DNA of 63,186 bases, filler included, from Psammoneis japonica (taxonomy: Eukaryota), in NCBI GenBank assembly GCA_008632985.1. It is 3 parts of 3 records of this genome, joined end to end, with 100 filler letters (N's around TTAATTAATTAA, not from the genome) between each part and the next. Parts side by side here need not be neighbours in the genome. Positions count along the whole stretch, not along the records: positions 1 to 23,108 come from QPGO01000434.1; 2 more parts are not named here. One strand, written 5' to 3'. The notes beneath the pieces are model-generated. The model saw nothing but the letters and a program-made list of their open reading frames with translations. It made no database searches and was not told where the DNA came from. Numbering within the stretch: the first letter of the stretch is position 1; the number at the start of each line of letters is the position of its first letter. Shown here in pieces: positions 10,699-22,631 of the stretch. Both the position numbers and the translations under genes were made by a program.

Positions 10699-13600
10699 AG
10701 TAAGACACCGGCGCAACGTTTCCTTAGAATTTGCCCCGACACCACCTCTATTTGCTTAGGGGCTGCTAGCTTGTTGGCTACATGGCACGGTGAATATATC
10801 GCATTAGTAAAGCGCCGCGTAACAATAAACAGCATCGTCCCAACAGATTTAGCTCTGTTATTTGTTGTTCCCAAAAACACTTGCATCACGCATCGATCCA
10901 CACCACCGCTTGTGTATTTTCAATTTCTGTCCTCGTCACATGCCAATCAAGTTTTGAACATAGCGAGCGTTCTCTGTTGTGTGTGAGTCACCTGATTGTT
11001 CGCTGCCCCACCAGCCTCAATGGACAGTCACTGCGGAGTGAGACTCACGATTTCCTTTGCAGGGTTTCAGAAACTTTGTGGTGGGCAAGGGCCTGATGTG
11101 TTGGGGAGGAGGAGTTTGCACTGTTGACAAACTCCCTCCTGCTGACAAGCATCCTCCTTTGAGGAGGTGGTGTGACAGCCTCCAGGACATTTCTTCTGAG
11201 GTTGTCAAGAGCTCGGTCTCTGAGTCTGCCGGCAAAGCCATGATGTGGATTGGCTGCTGGTCTTGCTGTCTTACATGGTTCAGAGATCTGGGGTGCATTT
11301 GCAGCACTTGGTTTCTGACAGCCAACACAGCACCCAGAAAACTGAACCTCTGTTGTGCCCCCCCTCTCAACAAACTTCCTGGGTGTCCCCCAGAGATGTT
11401 CAAGAATCTTGCAGAATTTCTGGAAGTGCTCTTGATGAGCCTGACCCCCTTCAGCTTCTTGTTCAATTTGTTTAAAATGGGGGCTGCTTTTTGACACACT
11501 GCAGCAGTTCTCAAGTGTGTTTCAACATCTGGGGGCACACTTCATGGTTCCTCTGGCAGTTGCCAAAGTTGCCACTTGAGTCTTCTGTGCTTCTTGTGGA
11601 ATGAGCAGCAAAGAGCAGCAAAATGAGCCAAACTCACCACACTTTGTTCCCCAGAGCAAGATTTGCTTCAAACAACTCCAAATTTGCCATGACACACAAA
11701 TCTTGATTGTCCAGATGCATGTCAAATCTGAGGACAATGGCAGTTTGCCAGCTCTGGCACTTTAAGATCAGCCACACATGATTTGATCATGTTGCATCTT
11801 GTGAGTGATGCACAAGAGCAAGTGCATGCATTGGGCCACAGCTGTCATCAAACAAAGACAAAACTGATTCCTCAAAGAAACAGGAGCAGATGAAGAGGAG
11901 GGGAGACAAGAAGATCCAACAATCAAACAGTCTTAAAGAGGAAATCCATTTGGCTGGCATTGCAAAGACAAAAGTTTCTGAGTTGAAAGGTCTCTGGTGA
12001 CAATGTGGGCTCATGGTGTCCAGCAAGAAAGCTTGTTTTTTGGAGATGCTGTGCAGCAGAAGATTTGTTTGACAGGATGAAAAAGTCAATGATGCAGTCC
12101 ATTGGTGAAAAAGTGCAGCAAAAGAGCTGCTCAAGTGGGGTCAACAAAAGCCATGACACTGGCTCATGACAGAAGCATGGGTGCCAAGGATGTCTGCTGG
12201 CAATGCCTGACATCTTCAGAGCCAGCTTTGGTTGTTTGAAGCATCATGTGAAGCATGAAAAAAATGCAAGACAATTGCCAAATCTAATGGAAGAACTTGC
12301 CCTTGCTCATGACAGATGCTTCTTCCCAAAGAAGGCACTCAGCTCCTTGGCAGACCACATTGGGAGGGCTTTTGGCAGAAGCCTCTTTAAAGTGGAACAT
12401 TGACAGAAAACAACAAGGTTCTGCAGTTCCAAAAGTGCCCCAATTTTCTCATGAGGAGTGCCAAGTGTTCTCTCTCTTGAAGCACTGCAGAGCACATTTG
12501 TCAAGAATCCAAAAGACACAGACACATGAGGACTTGGTGCAAACACCCAGGAAGAGCAGAGGCAAAAAGAAAAAGAGACAAAAGTGGGTGACAGATGCCC
12601 AAAACTCAAAGCATCTGAGCCAAACAAAACACATGCCACATGACATTTCACAGGACCCAAAAGAACTTCCTGCCTTGCTGCTTTTCCATGCATGATTTGG
12701 CCTGGGATGTGAAGGCAGCAGCAGCATGTTCTGTTTGGCAACTCCCACGCAGCTGGATGATTGACAAAAAATGCCACAACTTCAAGATTCATTGTGAACA
12801 ATGCAAGAACCTTCATGTTGTCTTTTTTTCATGCAGAGGGGTGTCAAGTGTAGAGTTTCAGGGTCAAAGATCTCCACGTTCGTCACACAAAATCTCAAGC
12901 ACATGGGGCACTGTGCCCAGAAATCTGTGCAAAAAATCTTCTCTTGGCAATCTAACAAGTTTCACAGTCTCAACAACTGACTCAGTCACAATGAAAGCAA
13001 TGGCCATTCTGTTCACTCACAGGGCAGGACAATGGACAAGTTGGTTGCACCAAGATTCAATGGGTCTGTCAACATGAAATGTTGTGGTGGGGGGACAAGT
13101 TCAACAAGCCACCCCAAACACTGTGCATGGTGTGCTGTGCACAATGCACAAAGGCAGTGGGGGTGGTGGTGCCAGCACCTGCAATGATGCATCAGCAAGT
13201 GTGGTGTCATCAAGGAGTGCAGATGGAACAGCAGGTGGGGGTTGGCAAAAGTGAGCAAAGCAAGACGGAAACAGCAGCAGCTTGTTGAGCTTCAGAGCAT
13301 GCTGTGATGGGCAAGCTCATTTGTGGGCACTGTGGGCAACTGGGCAATGTCATGGCTGAGACTCTTGGGGGCAATGGCATGGCTGACACTCTGAAGGCCC
13401 TGCAGCAGAGCAGTGTCACACCCTGGCCCAAAGCAAGCGGGGGTGGCTGGCTTCCAACCAAGGGGCCTTTTGGCTGGGGGGGGGGGGTTCGTCATGAGCA
13501 AGAAGACATCAAAGACTTGCAGATGTGGGACATTTGAGGGAGAAAGCAGAGCAGATGTCCCCAGGAGTGTGGAGTGGAAGATGCTGGCATGGCGGGGTTG

Positions 13601-13817
13601 GGCTGGCAGCCAAAAGAAGAGGCAATGGGCAAAGCAGCAGTCATTGCTGGAGAGCCCAAGTGTGCTCAATGGCAAGTTGGCGGGCAGCGGCAAGCCCATT
13701 TGAATGGTCAGCAGAAAAACAATTCAGGCAAGCCAGCAGTTGAAGAAGGTGATGGCTCGTGAGTGGCAGTGTCAATGGCGGCACACGGCATGTGTGTGGG
13801 AAGATGACGAGGGGCAG

Positions 13818-14489
13818 TGACAGGATTTGAACAGGATGTAGGTGCGCGCGAAATGTCGCGCGCCATTTTAGTTTGCCGCACACAGTTTTGTGTGCTCTTT
13901 AGTTCCGCGCGTACGCGCGCGATGCATTTTGCTTTTGAGCCACACGGCTCACAAGAACAACACCCTGATCATCACAGAAAATCTGTGGCACAGATTTGGG
14001 GTTCAGATTTGTTACAGATTTTCAAGGGGTCCGCAGAAACAGTTGCAGATTTTCAAAAAGCACAAATTTTCAATGATTCAGCGAAAACTGGGGTTGATTT
14101 TTGCTGGAACTCGGCTGATTCTGCGATCTTAGAAGAACCCTCCTGCAGGCCCGGCACGTTAAAAGCAGGCCCGGCACGGTCTGTGTGCACCCTGCGTGCA
14201 TTTGTGCTAAAGAGGGGGAAGACAGACGTTGCACAGATTCCAGATTTTCGGTTCTAAAAACTTGCAGATTTTGTTCGGCCCCTAAAAAATTCTTACAGAT
14301 TTTATTTTTCGGCACAGACTTTCTATGATAATCAGGGTACACCGGCAACAGCAGGGCCCTGGCCCGATTGTGCCGACTTGCACGTCTTTCGGCTCCTGCA
14401 ACGGTCTCTGAGCGGAGACTCATCTGCTGTCCAGACAGTGGCAAGGAGTTGTTGTTTGAATTCTTGCCATTTGCCTTCAATTCTTAACA
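13818..14489 (+). repeat. 5' LTR (contains MITE insertion)
   Basis: TGACAGGATTTGAACAGG...TTCTTAACA; matches the 3' LTR apart from the 375-bp insertion and small indels. Confidence 0.92.
13963..14337. mobile_element. MITE with ~25-bp TIRs and TA target duplication (Tc1/mariner-type signature) nested in the 5' LTR
   Basis: Left CA|CCCTGATCATCACAGAAAATCTGTG, right CACAGACTTTCTATGATAATCAGGG|TA; internal repeated (A/G)CAGATTT motif; absent from the 3' LTR. Confidence 0.85.
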
Positions 14490-15456
14490 GATTGACAGTC
14501 TCGCTCATTGTCAACCCATTGAGCAAACGCCATCATCATCGTTGATTTACCGACGACGCTTTTTTCAATTCCGCGTGGACCTCCGTGTGTGTTCTGCGCA
14601 TGCATCGGCAAGTCTACGCGCACTCAATGCCAGGCATCGGCAGGAATTTAACGTCACCGTCAAGTCTCCTTACAGCTGGACATCTGGATTGATTGCACTG
14701 CCTTTTGTTGCTGAAGACATGCATTCAACGGTCACATCCAAGTCTGTCCTTAATCCTCATCCCTTGATGTGCCCATTCAACGGTTGACGGTCAAGAACCC
14801 CACATGTTCAAAGCTCTTCGTCGCTGAAGACACATGTGTGCATCTTCACGGGCAAGAACTTGAACCCACTCTTCAGACTGCGGCTTTGCCACCACTCTAC
14901 AAGCACACCGAGTCCATTGTGCCTGATCTGCCCCGGACCACTGGTGCTCTGCAGTTCCACTGGGTCCATGAGGACGACTGTGAGAGCAAGCAGCCGTGAT
15001 TGCAGCCTGCGTTGGGGCGAGGGTAATTTCCCACATTTGTTTGTTCGTCCACAGCGCCTGGCGCCTGCGTCAACTGGCCAGCCTGATCGGGAAATCCAAC
15101 TGACATGAAACAAGAACGGTTCGGGGGTCTTGTCCACCTCCAGTCAGCTTGCCTGCAGGGGTTTACAACCCGCTGCTCCGCTCGCAAGCAACCCAAAGCG
15201 CCGCCAGCTGCGGGTTCGGACGTGCCGGCACAACTCTGCGGACCGGACAGGAAGCTCAGCAATTAACTGCGAACGGGTGGCACAACCCGGCGGCTTCTGA
15301 CTTGTGAGACAGCTCAAGTTTTCAAGTCAAGTGTCAAGTCGATCCCAAGTCATTTCAAGTCTGCTCTCCATCAAGTCGATCCCAAGTTGTTTCAAGTCTG
15401 CTCTCCCACTCCAGTCCACTCTCCAACTCTGGTCCCGGCACCCAATCAGTTGCACC

Positions 15457-16735
15457 ATGGTTCTCACCAGACAGCAACAAACCGATGGTTTTGAGCACGT
15501 TGTTGGAACTGTGCTTGCCCAAGGTGCTGGAAGCCCTCTTCATTTGGCTTTGACCCATGACGGCACGGACTCGTGCCAAGAACTGTTCACATTCACACCT
15601 TCCCAAATTGACTTGCTTGAGTGCGACAATGGCACCAATGTGATCCCATTGCCCCGAGGTTATAAGAACATGTTAGCAGCTCTAGCCAAGCTGTGCATTG
15701 TCAAAGCACACAAAGGCCTTGATGTCGCCAATGACTCCTCGTTGTTCACACATGATGAGTTCCTTGCCTGCCGCCTCAGCCCTGACTGCATGTCTTCTGT
15801 GTCCATCGGCAGCTCACCTCTTGCACCCCCGCATGTCACCAACTCGACCAAGGCACGCGACCCAGTGCGTGACTTCAAGCGAGGCATCAAGCGCAACCCT
15901 GCTGCTTTCACGGCTCTCAAATCCGACAAACAGTGGCACACTTGGCACACCTCACGAGGATGGACAACGCCACAGAGCTTGCATCGTCAAGGCCGTCAAA
16001 GATCATGACTGGAAAGTGAACGGCAACCCCGAGCTCACTAAGTTCATCTGCTCTGTCAACAACGATGAATGCGAGGAAGTCCTGGCCTGCAACGACATCA
16101 TGAATCACATTGAGCAAGAAGACAAAGACACTGCTGTTTGGAAATTTCGATGCATTGTGTCACACGAAGGACCTCTGAAGCCTCATGACCCAACCTGGAA
16201 AGGCTCAAGCTACAACATCATGCTTGAATGGGAAAGTGGGGAGATCATGTCTGAGCCTCTTGCCATCGTCACCAAGGACGACCCTGTCACCTGCGCCATC
16301 CATGCACGAGAGAACGGACTTCTCGACACTGATGGCTGGAAGCGGTTCCGCGCCATCGCGAGGCGTCAGAAGAAGCCATCCCACATGGCCAACCAAGCCA
16401 AGCTTCGCTCCTTCTGCACTGCACCTCGCTGCAAGTGCGGATGCAAAGTTCCCCGGAACTGCAAACATGCCATGTCCCTGGACGAACGCAATGGCAACCG
16501 CAAATGGGGAGATGCAACCAATCTCGAGATGGGCCAACTCGATGAACGCAAAGTCTTTCATGACTGCGGGCCCTCCGAGTCTTCCACTCCTCCTGCGGGA
16601 CACAAGAAGATCCGAGTGCACCTGGTGTGCGATGTGAAACATGAAGGCTCCCGCAACCCTGCTGACATTCTCAGCAAGCATTGGGGTCACTCCCAAATCT
16701 GGGACCTTCTCCGTCCCCTTGTGTTTTGGAACTTC
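15457..16735 (+). pseudogene. Copia gag (5' part) fused by deletions to integrase-RT linker, RT start and RNase H end
   Basis: gag FKRGIKRNPAAF..LK...W..W; pol EEVLAcNDI, WKFR.I..HEGPL, KGSSYNIMLEWESGE, DDPVTCAIhA, NGNRKW, KKIRVHLVcDVKH, then NPADILSKHWG. Deletion junctions near 15950 and 16648. Confidence 0.9.
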
Positions 16736-16787
16736 ATTCCATCCGAAGTCGAATCTGTTTCTGTGACTCCTCAAGCAAACTGGGGAG

Positions 16788-17066
16788 TGACAGGATTTGA
16801 ACAGGATTCAGGTGTGCGTGAAATGTCGCGCGCCATTTTAGTTTGCCACACACAGTTTTGTGTGCTCTTTAGTTCCGCGCGTGCGCACGCGATGCAGTTT
16901 GCTTTCGAGCCACACGGCTCACAAGAACAATGACAGCAGCCCGATTGTGCCGACTCACACGTCTTTCGGCTCCTGCAACGGTCTCTGAGCGGAGACTCAT
17001 CTGCCATTTAGACAGCAGTGAGGAGTTGTTGTTTGAATTCTTGCCATTTGCCTTCAGTTCTTAACA
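16788..17066 (+). repeat. 3' LTR (279 bp)
   Basis: TGACAGG...TTCTTAACA followed by TSD GGCAG. Confidence 0.92.
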
Positions 17067-17644
17067 GGCAGCAGCTGACAGCAGCACAACAAGAAGCTGG
17101 GGCCAGCCAGAGGAGCCAGGTGTGCCAACATCTGCGGCTGCAAGATTTTCAAGCAGCAAATGCAGCAAAAAGGTTCACAGTTTCAAGATGGACCACGTAA
17201 AAGTGTTGCAGCATGGGTTGGAAGAGATCGGATGGAAGGCATCATTTTTTGTTCATTGTTCGGCAACAGAATGTGCGATCGAGTGCAGGAACAAGAGAGA
17301 TGAAAGACGGCATGGCTTTGGTGTCATGCATGGGCACTTATGGCTTGTACGTTGAACGTACTGTACCGCTCCGAAATGAAGGTGATACAGGAACGAGTAA
17401 CATATTTAATGCATGCCCGTTTATTTTATATTCAAGTATGAATGTACCGGACTTCGAAACCAAAAACGCAACCTTCAAATCAAACTCGACTCCGTTCTGT
17501 CGTCTCGTTGAGATGCATTGATTGTGACAATGAAGCAGATGATCTTTTGTTCTTAAAACGCGTTCTATTTTGACGATGATACCGATGACGGCAAGCGAAA
17601 TAAGGTGCGAAAGGCGTCCCTCAGAAGCGCAGAACAGCAATGCT

Positions 17645-18544
17645 ATGGCAAATCGGATCCCCAACCTCTGGTTGTCCAACATCTCTCCGTCCGGGCCATC
17701 TCCCTCCCCTTCACAAGGGCTGCTCGGGCAGGCAATTGTGCCATCATATCCAATATCAGCTCGAGCGCAATTCATCCGACAGCGGCCATGGAGTCTACTG
17801 CCGCATCTACATGTGTCCCCACAACATGGTTTTGATTTTGAGAAGAAAGTGAGCTCTGCTCAAAGACTCTACTTTTATCCCAACCGTTACCTTTCGAAGC
17901 TATCACCGTTCTGTCAGTCTTTTCTCCCGAATGTAACCGAGGACTGGTTGCGTTCTCTAGCGCGTCAACTTCTCCAAGACGGAATGTTCAAGGAGTTGGA
18001 TGGCGAGTGCGAAGTTAACGATCCGGTTGCTCTTCATGCCTATGCTGATTGGTACAGCTACAACCCTGCTCTATGTCTCGTTCTAAAGATTGCTGCGGGA
18101 AAGGAGCTCGAGAAGCAGAATCAGAAGGGAGCGATGACGAACTGGACCGGTAACACAGGCAAAGTCGCTTCTGAGCAAAATTCTCAAGACAGAGCAATGT
18201 CTTTTCAGTCCACCAATGCTACCAACACTTCCGAACGCCGCACCGACACCATCATGAATAGTGCCGAGCATCAGAGTGCGGTTGCGACAGTTGAGAAGGA
18301 AATTCTGACGAAACAAAAGGAAACATGCAGTGATGCCACTATGGACAAAGATGGCGATGTGGTAACGGAGGGATTAACCAGTCGACAGCAGAAAAATGAG
18401 CTCGACTATAAGGAGTTACAAGACGACAACATGAGGAGACTAAAGGAACTTGCCAAAAAGCTCAACGTGCAGGTAGATTGGACGACCGATGATGACCCAG
18501 AAAGCCTTACTGAGAGCTGTTTGTGTCGCACTGTGTATTTGTAA
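17645..18544 (+). CDS. Uncharacterised protein, shorter paralogue of the 6013-7983 gene
   Basis: Shares RLYFY.NR..SK.SPFC.S.L...TED.LR.L.RQLLQDGMF...DG.CEV.DP.ALH.YA..Y.Y.P.LC..LKIA..KEL and C-terminal D.NM.RL...A.KLN.Q.DWT.DD...C.TVYL. Confidence 0.8.
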   Translation: MANRIPNLWLSNISPSGPSPSPSQGLLGQAIVPSYPISARAQFIRQRPWSLLPHLHVSPQHGFDFEKKVSSAQRLYFYPNRYLSKLSPFCQSFLPNVTEDWLRSLARQLLQDGMFKELDGECEVNDPVALHAYADWYSYNPALCLVLKIAAGKELEKQNQKGAMTNWTGNTGKVASEQNSQDRAMSFQSTNATNTSERRTDTIMNSAEHQSAVATVEKEILTKQKETCSDATMDKDGDVVTEGLTSRQQKNELDYKELQDDNMRRLKELAKKLNVQVDWTTDDDPESLTESCLCRTVYL

Positions 18545-18829
18545 TACAGATGTTGCTGCGTATGCACTATTTAGGTGGAAAATACTGATGCATATCTTAA
18601 TGTCAGCAGCCCACGTTCATTCCAATTAATAAGTTCGTGCGGACTGCCGCCTTCTTGCCTATATAGTCTTGGTTTTATGAGAATGCCCTCTCTTCGGCTA
18701 TGCTTTCATGGCGAGCATTCATTGACATTATATTTAGAGTATATAGTCTACCTTTAGATAGAAATACTGTAGAAACGGCCGTTCGATCATCGGTAATGTA
18801 TGGTGCGATCTTCAAAGCAGTTACTTAGT

Positions 18830-19743
18830 CTACTGCGTTCTATCAGCAGGAGTAAAAGGACCTTTCGAAGGATATTCAGAAAGCTTGTCTACACGAACAC
18901 TCCATTGATGAACGGTGTGATGGCTTGCATGATTCGTCACTCCCTCAACCACCTCGTCTCCCCAAGCTACGCGAAGGACAAATTCCAAGAATGGAGGGAG
19001 TTCGAGGTTCTGAATTTCAAGTGCCGGTGTTGCGCACCAGTAAGCACTCAATTTGGTTTCATGATGACAAACATAAAAGAATACAAAAAAGACAAGGCCT
19101 TGGACCACTCGTAGGGAAGATAGAAGGAACAAAACCAAAACTTGGCACCGAAGAGGTACATTTCAACACCGCAAACGAGAAGCTTGATGATCCAATGGAT
19201 ACGCAAGTGGTTCAGGACATCAGGATCTTTCTCCTGAGCGATATCAAAAAGTCTCCATTCTGGATTTATAAAAGACTTGAGGAATCCTTGAATAGGGGTT
19301 CCCGTTAGCATGAAGATATTCTTGTCCTTGCTCGTAGCCATGTACTGATGGTGAGTAAAGTGCTCCTTTCGGTACAGATCATAGTGAAAGTAGAGCTCGG
19401 GAGAAAACACCAAGTATCGCATAAAGAAGTTTGTACGATTACCTGATAGATAGTGGAAAGCCTCGTGGCAACAAATGACATTTCTTGGATACAAAACAAG
19501 AAGAGCAAGGTAGTACAAGAATCTTCCAAAGTCTCCGTATTGTCCGGTGGAGTAGAAGTATCCTGCAAAATGGAGCAATGTTCCTGTTACCACGTATCCC
19601 AAAAGATGATGAGAAGAGTCTTTCTCGTAGGAATAGATATCGTCGTGATGGACGACGCGAGTCGATGCTTTCTTTTCGTTGGGTTGGTTTTCAGCTCTGT
19701 CATCAGGGCGGCGCTTTGATGGACTTTCGACGGGAGTGCACAT
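18830..19743 (-). CDS. Membrane fatty-acid desaturase/hydroxylase superfamily protein (one frameshift near 19085)
   Basis: His boxes HEAFH and EHFTHH in ORF 19048-19743; third box HASHH in overlapping ORF 18830-19138; frame switch next to an A homopolymer; hydrophobic segments. Confidence 0.75.
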
Positions 19744-19925
19744 GAGTGTCAGTTGACAAAAGAAGAGGGGAAAAAGTGTTTTGTCTTCTTGTTCTAAGTT
19801 CTTTATGACGCAACAACTGTGATCAGAAGCGAATAATCATTCGAAAACTGCTTTGGTCCCTGCACACATGCAGGGTCGCTAAGCCGTTTTGCAACCATCG
19901 CGCTTTGTCGGCAAAATTAGCTCAG

Positions 19926-21570
19926 TCACGCTGACGGCGTTTCAGGACTGACTATACTGAAATCACACGTATGAGGTACGGCAGAAGCAGTCAGGCGGGT
20001 CAGTGGCGCCTTGGTCGGGGGTGCAGCATCCACGCCGGGTGGGTGCTTCTGTGGCATGTTTTGTTGCCACCACATCAAGACAGCAACATTGAAATGGAGC
20101 ACCACCATGGCAGGCAACCATCACTGTGACAGCCATTGCTGTGACAAGAAGAAGTGTGAGATCCCTGTGATGCAAACCCCACATCAACAACCAAGGCAGT
20201 GAGACAGAGGGGGGTTTGGCTGCCAGCCGCGCGCACTTTGTGCGCAAAATGAGCTCGGCCACTCTGCTTCAGGGCTGATTGTGCTGAAATCAAATGCAGG
20301 ACCAGACACATGTGAAGCCAGTCATGTGTTGAAACAGTGTGCCAGCAGGTTCTGTGTGCCAAAAACTTCCAAGACTTCGAAGCTCCTCATGACCAAAGCC
20401 CCCCGAAGATGTGGAAGGTGGCTGGACCATCCTCGCCACAAGAAAGCAGCCAATCAAGGCAGTTGCCCAACTTGCATGCTTTGTCCTCTTTGTCATCTCC
20501 AGAGTTGTTGTTTTCTGTGACATTCCAACCTTTCTGATGATGCTTTGCTGGCTGGGCAGCCACGCTGAGTCTTGTCTCTTTGCGCTTTTGGACAAAAGCA
20601 CTTTGTGCTCTCAAGAACAGAGTTTTGTCACTCTCTTTGTTTTCACCAATGGATCCTTTGACACCCATCTCCTGGGCAGCTGTCCTTGCAAGACTTGCCC
20701 AAACTGGCTGAATTTGTGGCTTTCGTTTGTGGCCTGTTTCATCATCTCCTCCTTCGTCTCATCCTTGGCACACTGAATGATGCTGGCTTCCCAGGTGCCA
20801 CACCCCAAGGCGAAGATTCCCTTCTCTCAGTGTGTCATCCTCTGGCTTTCTTGTCATCAGCACTGGAACTGGCATTGCTTGAATCAGGTGAGCTCAAGGC
20901 ACGGCTGCTCTCACAATGCTTGTCTTCATCTTCAGATGTGTCGCCACAAACATCAGACCAAGAGCTCATGTCATTGAGGCACTGGCACAAGAAAGTCAGT
21001 TGCTCCCTGCACTTTCATTGTTGTTGTTGCCATTGTCCATGTCACATGGGCAAGGTGATTTGGAAGCACTGTGGTCCTTGTCCTTCTTGGCTCGATTCAA
21101 ATCATTGAGACCAGGAAACAACACAGACTTGGAGCTGGGCTGAGGGAAGCAGTCATCAAGGCATTGACTTGATTTTTCCTCCCAGAACATGTGCACTCAT
21201 TGTTGTTGGTGCTGCCCTCAGCACTGTGTGGATCAGGTGAGTTTTTTGTCTCACTGCTCTTGTCACTGCTGTTCTCATTGTCAGATGTGTTGTGGAGTTC
21301 AGAATGAGAAAGCTTGCCATCAAAATGACCATCTAATTTCTGGCTTGGACTCCAGAACTGCATCAAAAGTCTCTTCCTCCCATGGCATGATGCGACCTTT
21401 TTGTCATTGTTGCTGTTGCTGCACTCTTGCTCATGTTGAGCAACATATGATGTGGCAGACTTTTTGGGAAAAATTGCAGACAGGCAACTGCCTTTGCTGC
21501 TTTCTTCACAATCAATGGCTGGCTGGTGCTGGCCACCTCCAACAAACACAAACGCTCAACTCAGGAGTTT
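19926..21570. mobile_element. Decayed TE relic, TpA- and CpG-depleted
   Basis: Composition signature; abuts and appears to truncate the 5' end of the next gene. No family motif recognised. Confidence 0.5.
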
Positions 21571-22495
21571 GTTGAGCCATGTGGTCAAAAATCGGACCAC
21601 TTGCTTGGATTCGGAGTTTATGATTGCACTTTCGAGATTTCTCGGAGCATCTCAGTTAAGTCGACTGCTGGATGAGCCTTGTTACGCTATGCTCTACCGG
21701 GTGATTGGGAGCGTTCCATCGCTCGAACATCTTTCCTTTCAGCGACGCTCTACTTCCACACTTGATGGTAACCTTCAAGTGATTCCAAAACTGGACACGC
21801 TATTCCAAGAACTCGAGGGACATCCGTCACTGACATCTTTGATCATCGCGGGTTTTGACTGCTTTGTTCAGCCGGAATACGAGGCACTTCTTATCATGCT
21901 AGAGCACGCTTCTTGTGGGCTCTCGGAGCTAAGCGTTTACGACAGATATATCCAGAGAACGACTGACTGGACTTCTGAAAATCAGGCTTCAACAAAACCC
22001 CCCGTTTGGAAAAGCTACCTATACATTCGCCATCACCCCATCGATCTTCTACATTGGGGTTGCCAACCGCAAAGGATAGCGGCCCTATTACTAGCAGCAA
22101 ACTTCGACTACTGGGGCTTCCGAGGGTACAGAAAGTGGCGCTCCCTGGGGAGGATGAAGCGTCAAGGGAGTCGAGACTTGCAAAAAGCCGAGACATGTTG
22201 TACTGTATAGTAGAACGGCACCCGAGACTAACAGATACTATGTCGTCTGTGGCCGAGCTGGACACGACCGGGAAGATCCTGCAACTGCTTGATCGAAACC
22301 GCTCAGGACGTTTCTTGTTTGTTGACCGGGAGATTTCTGCTCAGTTTCCAGACTCGCTTTGGCCGCTTGTCCTGGAACGACAACATAGGCAAAGGCACGT
22401 TTACGTTCAAATACGATTTCCTGGGCGCCTTGCTTCGGCAGGTTGATGCATTGTATTGGTTGCTACAAAACATTGGTGACCGGATCGGAGGATGA
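21570..22495 (+). pseudogene. LRR/RNI-like diatom-family gene, 5'-truncated and frameshifted
   Basis: LRR-like LEHLSF, LTSLII, LSELSV segments and C-terminal LLDRNRSGR...LWPLVLER...DALYWLLQ motif spread over three frames. Confidence 0.55.
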
Positions 22496-22631
22496 ACAGC
22501 CAGATTATAATCAGTAGTTCCATGGCGTCAATTATCTTCCTTATTGGTATTGTCTAGAAGTTGTTTATTTGTTTCGCTTGCTTCACAAGCATAAACTGTT
22601 GATCGATGTGAGTATGCTCGCCGTTTTAAAA

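Larger units (their letters stand above)
13818..17066 (+). mobile_element. Internally deleted Ty1/copia (CoDi-type) LTR retrotransposon
   Basis: TG...CA LTRs at 13818-14489 and 16788-17066, 5-bp TSD GGCAG (13813-13817, 17067-17071), purine tract GGGGAG before the 3' LTR, gag and pol remnants inside. Confidence 0.93.
11040..17340 (-). mobile_element. Highly decayed TE (interrupted by the copia element at 13818-17066); possible Ulp1/C48-like protease remnant near 11790-12130
   Basis: About 8 TA and very few CG in 11040-13810. Minus-strand remnant has H(QW)..., LLD, DDSCG in Ulp1-like order (weak). The same composition resumes after the copia TSD. Confidence 0.5.

Noticed and set aside
11040..13810. 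Classical fungal RIP or CpG decay alone as the explanation
   Set aside because: RIP would raise TpA and CpG decay would not remove it; TpA is almost absent here.
14490..14510. Primer-binding site after the copia 5' LTR (GATTGACAGTCTCGCTC)
   Set aside because: Position fits, but I could not match it to a specific tRNA and it may be mutated.
15960..16735. Alternative genetic code (Cys/His codons read as Tyr)
   Set aside because: Neighbouring host genes use TAY for conserved Tyr normally; the change is confined to repeats.
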